Origin: an uncultured virus (IMG/VR IMGVR_UViG_3300044233_005517)
Lineage: Duplodnaviria; Heunggongvirae; Uroviricota; Caudoviricetes
IMG/VR virus record: IMGVR_UViG_3300044233_005517
Strand: one strand, 5' to 3'
Length of the DNA stretch: 64,000 nucleotides
Positions 59,688 to 64,000 of the stretch are shown piece by piece (within the stretch, counting starts at the first letter, position 1; every line of letters begins with the position of its first letter). The notes under the pieces were generated by a model. The model searched no databases, was not told where the DNA came from, and saw only the letters and a list, made by a program, of their open reading frames with translations. The position numbers and the translations under genes are program-made.

Positions 59688-60671
59688 TTATGAACTTTGT
59701 GTTAATGCTGTCAATGCGTTAGCACCATTTCCGCTATTGTAAAGTGCATTAACTTGTCCTGTTGATAGAGCGGTACTCCAAATTGATATTTCGTCGAAAT
59801 TCATCGTTGCTTGTTTGGTTCCATTAAAGTTATTACCAAAATAAACATTTTCATCATCTAAAAATTGTTTTTGGAAATATCTGCCAGGTTGAGAATCGTC
59901 TGCATAGCCAAAATCAGTGTTATTTATAAACATTTTGAATCTTCTGTTTGTCGCATCCGTGTCTCCATCCACAACAAATACAAAATGATTCCACCCCTCA
60001 TAATTTGACGAATCGTCATTTCCCCAAAATGTAAGTCCTGCGTGTGGGGTTGATGGGTCACGAGAATATACCAGCGGTTGACCTCGGTAAGTACCAAAAT
60101 AAAATCCGTAAGTAGCTCCACTGTCTAAATTTCCAAAAATTCTATAATTATTTAACTTATAAGATTCTCCTTCTACCATCGAAAAATACATCCACGCTGA
60201 TACAGAAAAAGAACCAGAAAACAAAGTTCCCCAATTCGCCCTTTCCTGTATTGTCCCAAGATTGACACTTCTTGCACTATACTCGGCTGGAAATTGGAAA
60301 GAATAACTACCAGAAAATACTGGATCTGTATCAAAGCCAAAATTCGTTTCGCTGGTAAAAGATCCTGTATAATTGTTTGTGCCCAATACATTTGTCACAT
60401 ATTGTGAACCAGATGTTTCAAAATCATAATAAGCGAAAGGTGTGATGTATGATGGCGGGGTTGGACCTGGCGATCCAGAAATCTCTTCTCTTGGAAAAAT
60501 ACTTGATGGGTTGCCCAATGTAGAAACATATGGAGCACCAGTTAATCTAATTGTGCGAGCATTTGGAACACCAAGAGAGAATGGTGCTTGAATTTGATTA
60601 TCACTTAAATCTGTATAATCTTTTGACCCCGAAGAAAGGGTGGTGATTATATAATCGTTGGTATTTGACAC
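59688..60671 (-). CDS. LamG/ConA-like domain protein, probably virion-associated
   Basis: AYYDFE...FSVSAWM...WNHFVFV...FDEISIWSTALS..QV.ALYN.G. Confidence 0.8.
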   Translation of the reverse strand: MSNTNDYIITTLSSGSKDYTDLSDNQIQAPFSLGVPNARTIRLTGAPYVSTLGNPSSIFPREEISGSPGPTPPSYITPFAYYDFETSGSQYVTNVLGTNNYTGSFTSETNFGFDTDPVFSGSYSFQFPAEYSARSVNLGTIQERANWGTLFSGSFSVSAWMYFSMVEGESYKLNNYRIFGNLDSGATYGFYFGTYRGQPLVYSRDPSTPHAGLTFWGNDDSSNYEGWNHFVFVVDGDTDATNRRFKMFINNTDFGYADDSQPGRYFQKQFLDDENVYFGNNFNGTKQATMNFDEISIWSTALSTGQVNALYNSGNGANALTALTQSS

Positions 60672-60688
60672 TAAAATAATTAGTATCT

Positions 60689-60982
60689 TTAATCTTTTAC
60701 ATTCCTAAAAGCACAATGAATACCACGGAATGCTTTACGATCAATCTTTAGCTGAATTCCAGAGTCAAGAAAACTATAATCTAAAATAGCATCACCACAT
60801 CGGTCAATGATTTTTGTTGCATCGGCTTTGTTGCTATAGACCCAAACAAAACCATCTTTTTTATCAGCATTACAATCGACAATGTGTGATTCTGATTCTG
60901 GTCCACCACCTTTACCTTTGAAGTGATCTCTGATTTCTTTTAATGTTGGTTTCTCTTTTAATAGTTGTCCTTTGATAGTCAT
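60689..60982 (-). CDS. Hypothetical protein
   Basis: 97 aa; GGAGG SD. Confidence 0.6.
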   Translation of the reverse strand: MTIKGQLLKEKPTLKEIRDHFKGKGGGPESESHIVDCNADKKDGFVWVYSNKADATKIIDRCGDAILDYSFLDSGIQLKIDRKAFRGIHCAFRNVKD

Positions 60983-60983
60983 T

Positions 60984-61574
60984 TTATTTTCCTCCGTTTA
61001 AGTAAATGTTAAAAAGTGTTTCCATTGATTTAGCAGTTGCTAAAGCATCATAATAAGAACGATGACGTTCGTTATCTTTGATTTGGTTATTGGTTGATTC
61101 AAAAAGAACATCAGCAGATGCCCTATAGCCTTTAATGTGATCTACAATCATTAAAAATTCTAAAATAGATGCACTATCAATTGTGCGACTGTAAAAATCT
61201 CGATGAATAGTCTTGTCTGCTAACCGATAAAGTCTTTGCAAGAAACTATAGTCAAAATTTGCATTATGAGCAAGAATTTTAACGGGTTTTCTGTCAATAC
61301 CCAATACATCATCCAAACGATTTCTGATGTATTTTATTGCTTCTTTTGGAGTTCTTCCGTGCTTGTGGACCTTATTTAGATCAATCTGATTAACTTCCAT
61401 CGCTCGTGGAACAGTGGCTATCTTTTCTTCTTTGATATAACAATCAAATACAGGTTGAATAACTTCGCCTGGTTTCCAAAGGATCCCACTAATCTCTAAA
61501 AGAGAATGCTCTTTAGGATCAAGACCGCCCGTTTCAACATCTAAAACAATATATTGTTGCTTATCTCTAAACAT
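60984..61574 (-). CDS. DEDDh 3'-5' exonuclease (DnaQ-like)
   Basis: LDVETGG...AHNANFD...IDS...HRSYYDA. Confidence 0.9.
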   Translation of the reverse strand: MFRDKQQYIVLDVETGGLDPKEHSLLEISGILWKPGEVIQPVFDCYIKEEKIATVPRAMEVNQIDLNKVHKHGRTPKEAIKYIRNRLDDVLGIDRKPVKILAHNANFDYSFLQRLYRLADKTIHRDFYSRTIDSASILEFLMIVDHIKGYRASADVLFESTNNQIKDNERHRSYYDALATAKSMETLFNIYLNGGK

Positions 61575-61580
61575 GTGATT

Positions 61581-61609
61581 ATTATACGAAAACTATTGAA
61601 AATAGTCAA
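61581..61609 (-). promoter_or_regulatory. sigma70 promoter TTGACT-N17-TATAAT, 6 nt before ATG (leaderless)
   Basis: Read directly. Confidence 0.75.
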
Positions 61610-61618
61610 GAAAAAAGG

Positions 61619-62119
61619 TTAATAGTTTAAAAAATCTAACCAAGCTTCGGGGGTTTCCCCGTGAATGTATTTGAATAAACTAACTTTTGGTTGAATGGGA
61701 GTGTTTTTCAATGTTAGTCCGGCATCTTTGGGTGATTTATCACCCTTATGTGTGTTGCATTTAGCACAACAAGCTACCAAGTTTTCCCAAGAGCTTTTGC
61801 CGCCTTTTGACTTTGGAACAACATGATCCACCGTAAACCTTTTTCGATTTAATTTTTTGCTACAATATTGACACTCTGAATTGTCTCGGAGTAAAATATT
61901 TGTTCTTGTTAATTTAACGCCAAAGGGGAATCTAAAGATAAAATCAACTAATCTTACGACTGCTGGAACTTTAAATCTTTTATTGGGGGAGTTAATCCAT
62001 TTATCTTCATATTCTTTAATGATTTCTATTTTTTCCTGGAAATACATAATCATTGCTTTTTTCCAAGATACTTGTTTTATCGGTCTGTATGCAGCGTCTA
62101 ATACTAAAACAGGTGACAT
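61619..62119 (-). CDS. HNH endonuclease (McrA-like)
   Basis: VLVLDA.Y.P...RDN..CQYC...TVDHVVPKSKGG...WENLVACC..CN..K; start moved to ATG 62119 because the longer ORF overlaps tRNA-Arg. Confidence 0.9.
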   Translation of the reverse strand: MSPVLVLDAAYRPIKQVSWKKAMIMYFQEKIEIIKEYEDKWINSPNKRFKVPAVVRLVDFIFRFPFGVKLTRTNILLRDNSECQYCSKKLNRKRFTVDHVVPKSKGGKSSWENLVACCAKCNTHKGDKSPKDAGLTLKNTPIQPKVSLFKYIHGETPEAWLDFLNY

Positions 62120-62140
62120 ATCAATTCTAAATAGTGTTAA

Positions 62141-62213
62141 CACTCCCGGCAGGACTCGAACCTGCAACCTTGAGATTAGAAGTCTCCTGCTCTTCCAATT
62201 GAGCTACGGAAGT
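62141..62213 (-). tRNA. tRNA-Arg(UCU), CCA not encoded
   Basis: ACTTCCG-TA-GCTCAATTGGAAGAGC-A-GGAGA-CTTCTAA-TCTCA-AGGTT-GCAGG-TTCGAGT-CCTGC-CGGGAGT-G cloverleaf. Confidence 0.93.
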
Positions 62214-62214
62214 A

Positions 62215-62241
62215 AAAGCGGGGGAGTAAACATTATCCCCC
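62215..62241 (-). terminator. Possible intrinsic terminator/processing hairpin between the beta-barrel gene and tRNA-Arg
   Basis: GGGGGA-N10-TCCCCC followed by GCTTTT. Confidence 0.45.
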
Positions 62242-62269
62242 TTAATATTTTATTTGTTTTATTTAATTT

Positions 62270-62893
62270 TTAAAGGCTCAATGTTGCGCCAAGACCAACA
62301 ACGTGGCTATTTGCCGCATCTGTATCTAGACCTGTCGTCCAAAGCATATAAAACGCATTAACGCCCATTACTTTGTTCAGATCATAACCAACACCAAGCG
62401 TTGCTCGGTTTTCTTCTACACCGTCAACAGTAACATAAAGTTCATCTGAAACCGAAAGATTTAGTCCAGCAACCTTTGTACCAGCAACAAGTGCGGTTCT
62501 GCCACGAAATGAATTGTCTCCATCAAAAGAGCGCATTTCAAGGCGTGTAACAGAGTCAAGTGTTAGCTTGTCGGACAAAATTCTCAAATCTGCTCCAACA
62601 TAAGGACGTTGCTCGTCATCACTTGTGTTACGATAACCAAGAGTTACAGTCATGCGATTTGCAACCGCACCCAACGTAACGCTCAAGTCAGTGTGTTGTC
62701 GAAGAAGGTCAGCTTCGTCATTAAGGCGAAACTGTTCTTCAAGGTTTAAAGTGATTCCTGGTGTAACTTCTGCTGAAGCTCCAAGAGTAGCCCATACTTG
62801 GGCATCGTCAGCCGCTGCTGCTGTATCAGCAATCATTGCCAAAGCAATCGCGGTCAGACCGATTCCAAGAATTTTTTTTGTTTTATTAGTCAT
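62270..62893 (-). CDS. Outer-membrane beta-barrel protein (DUF2490-like)
   Basis: Signal peptide ending AAA-A; alternating beta-strands; DDAQVW...EEQFR...SDELY...ENR..LGVGY; C-terminal LGATLSL; AGGAG SD before ATG 62893. Confidence 0.75.
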   Translation of the reverse strand: MTNKTKKILGIGLTAIALAMIADTAAAADDAQVWATLGASAEVTPGITLNLEEQFRLNDEADLLRQHTDLSVTLGAVANRMTVTLGYRNTSDDEQRPYVGADLRILSDKLTLDSVTRLEMRSFDGDNSFRGRTALVAGTKVAGLNLSVSDELYVTVDGVEENRATLGVGYDLNKVMGVNAFYMLWTTGLDTDAANSHVVGLGATLSL

Positions 62894-62925
62894 AATACTA
62901 ACTCCTTTTGTTCCCAAATAGGGAA

Positions 62926-62998
62926 AGCCACAGATAGGACTTGAACCTACAACCTATGGTTTACAAAACCATTGCTCTACCAGTTGAGCTACTGTGGC
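62926..62998 (-). tRNA. tRNA-Thr(UGU), CCA not encoded
   Basis: GCCACAG-TA-GCTCAACTGGTAGAGC-A-ATGGT-TTTGTAA-ACCAT-AGGTT-GTAGG-TTCAAGT-CCTAT-CTGTGGC-T cloverleaf. Confidence 0.95.
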
Positions 62999-63080
62999 AT
63001 AATGTGTGATTAATAGTTTTTTCTAACGAACGTTTTACAAACTAGGACAATCATAATTAGATAAAACAATGCAATAACTT

Positions 63081-63296
63081 TCATAATTTTACAATTTCCT
63101 TACAATGTTCTTTCCTACAAGGTTTGTTGCAAGTAGAAAAACATTTACCAAACTCATATTTCTTTTTTATCGTTTTTGAACAAATGTCTGAACAGACACT
63201 CGCACATTCATAAAATTCTTTTTTGCATATAGTATTTTTTTCTGAATCGCATTTTGAGAACGACAATAATATAATTGATGCAAGAATAATTTTCAT
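63081..63296 (-). CDS. Small Cys-rich secreted/lipoprotein-like protein
   Basis: 71 aa; hydrophobic leader; repeated CxxxC. Confidence 0.55.
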   Translation of the reverse strand: MKIILASIILLSFSKCDSEKNTICKKEFYECASVCSDICSKTIKKKYEFGKCFSTCNKPCRKEHCKEIVKL

Positions 63297-63322
63297 AATA
63301 TTACCATATTAACGTAGATTGT

Positions 63323-63595
63323 TTAATACCAAATGCTTAAATGCATTTTTTTCACTTCTTTGGTATCTTCGCCGTATTCATCAATGCATAGTGTTAACGG
63401 TTCAGATCTATTATCTGTACAACAACCAATACGTTTATTGTTCAATTTCCACTCTCTAAAAACTTGACATCCTTTTCCATCTTTAGAATGAATCTCATTT
63501 ACTAATTTAGCAGTTGAATACTCTACTCCTATTTTTCCAGATAAAAAAATGCCAATAATAATTGAGCACATTATCGCAATAAACGCATCTTTCAT
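63323..63595 (-). CDS. Small membrane-anchored Cys-containing protein
   Basis: 90 aa; N-terminal TM/signal; upstream promoter. Confidence 0.5.
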   Translation of the reverse strand: MKDAFIAIMCSIIIGIFLSGKIGVEYSTAKLVNEIHSKDGKGCQVFREWKLNNKRIGCCTDNRSEPLTLCIDEYGEDTKEVKKMHLSIWY

Positions 63596-63605
63596 TTGTA
63601 CTATA

Positions 63606-63634
63606 ATCCTATCAATTTATTTTTAATCTGTCAA
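63606..63634 (-). promoter_or_regulatory. sigma70-type promoter TTGACA-N17-TAGGAT (extended TG)
   Basis: Read directly. Confidence 0.6.
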
Positions 63635-64000
63635 CAAAATTTTTCGATATTTTAATAAAGCAAGCTCTTTGGCTTTAGCTTCAATCATTAGATCAAACTT
63701 GTGCCCACAAGTGTCGATTGGCTTGTAGACATAATCTGAATGTGCTTGTGGTAAGCAGTCGTTTTGTTGTTCTTCTCGTCTTGATTCTGATAAGTGGCAA
63801 ACTGGGGTTACATCATCCCAGCTTTCCATCGCATAATCAAGCGCCTCATCCAAGCATATAGATCCAGGGTGTAGATCATGGTGATGGTAATCAAAAACAA
63901 TGGGACTGCCAATATCCAAGTACATATATTTATAAAGTTCTTCGGTAGTAAAGAGCGAAGCTTTGTCGTCATTTTCAACTGTTAACCTTCTTTTAAGATT
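63623..64000 (-). CDS. uvsE: UV-damage endonuclease UvsE/UvdE, C-terminal part (5' end outside the window)
   Basis: Frame is open to the window end: RRLTVENDDK...PIVFDYHHH...P.CHLSE...AHSDY...DLMIEAKAKELAL. Confidence 0.9.
   Translation of the reverse strand, partial: NLKRRLTVENDDKASLFTTEELYKYMYLDIGSPIVFDYHHHDLHPGSICLDEALDYAMESWDDVTPVCHLSESRREEQQNDCLPQAHSDYVYKPIDTCGHKFDLMIEAKAKELALLKYRKILLTD

Larger units (their letters stand above)
1..64000. other. Segment of a large myovirus-type (probably jumbo) bacteriophage genome
   Basis: gp6/gp25-like baseplate genes, gp55-like sigma, PhoH, tRNAs without encoded CCA, very dense unidirectional coding with many hypothetical proteins, no bacterial housekeeping operon. 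Confidence 0.9.

Noticed and set aside
61619..62119. HNH as an intron-encoded homing endonuclease
   Set aside because: Free-standing McrA-like gene; the flanking exonuclease and tRNA are uninterrupted
62120..62167. N-terminal extension of the HNH ORF given in the track
   Set aside because: It overlaps tRNA-Arg; family similarity starts at Met 62119
62141..62998. tRNAs or tmRNA as prophage attachment sites
   Set aside because: No integrase and no duplicated tRNA 3' end seen; phage-like genes continue on both sides
1..64000. Alternative genetic code (TAG or TGA recoding, common in large phages)
   Set aside because: Multi-kilobase ORFs are intact under code 11. TAG and TGA both end genes directly before the next SD/start (e.g. 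945, ATGA overlaps), and the tmRNA tag ends in TAG

Overview
This window is an AT-rich segment of a large (probably jumbo) contractile-tailed bacteriophage genome. It uses the standard genetic code and is coded almost entirely on the minus strand. 1-32.5 kb: virion baseplate/tail module, with a gp6-like wedge, gp25, a spike-like protein with an HxH tip, an M15 peptidase-bearing protein, giant 3142-aa (LamG) and 2728-aa proteins, and several conserved hypothetical structural proteins. 32.5-34.3 kb: a gp55-like late sigma factor and small genes. 34.3-48.9 kb: a tightly coupled 16-gene sugar-modification cluster (GT4s, GT2-like, GT29-like and GT42/Maf-like transferases, CMP-ulosonate synthetase, HpcH aldolase, SIS-HAD, HAD-nucleotidyltransferase, Gmd, aminotransferase, two methyltransferases). 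48.9-64 kb: accessory region with a PD-(D/E)XK nuclease, PIN-PhoH, several proteases, a J-domain protein, a very compact tmRNA (tag ANDNVAISLAA), IscU, DCC oxidoreductase, TIGR01777 epimerase, DEDDh exonuclease, HNH nuclease, two tRNAs flanking an outer-membrane beta-barrel gene, and UvsE. The strongest candidates for new biology are (i) a phage-encoded, NeuB/KdsA-independent ulosonic (sialic-like) acid glycosylation pathway together with a [S/T]-[G/A/S]-[S/T] motif over-represented in virion proteins, (ii) an unannotated 107-nt pseudoknotted RNA that starts at a consensus sigma70 promoter, (iii) a 238-nt two-pseudoknot tmRNA, and (iv) a candidate CTAWTTA late-promoter motif. All family assignments come from motif recognition by eye; no database search was run.
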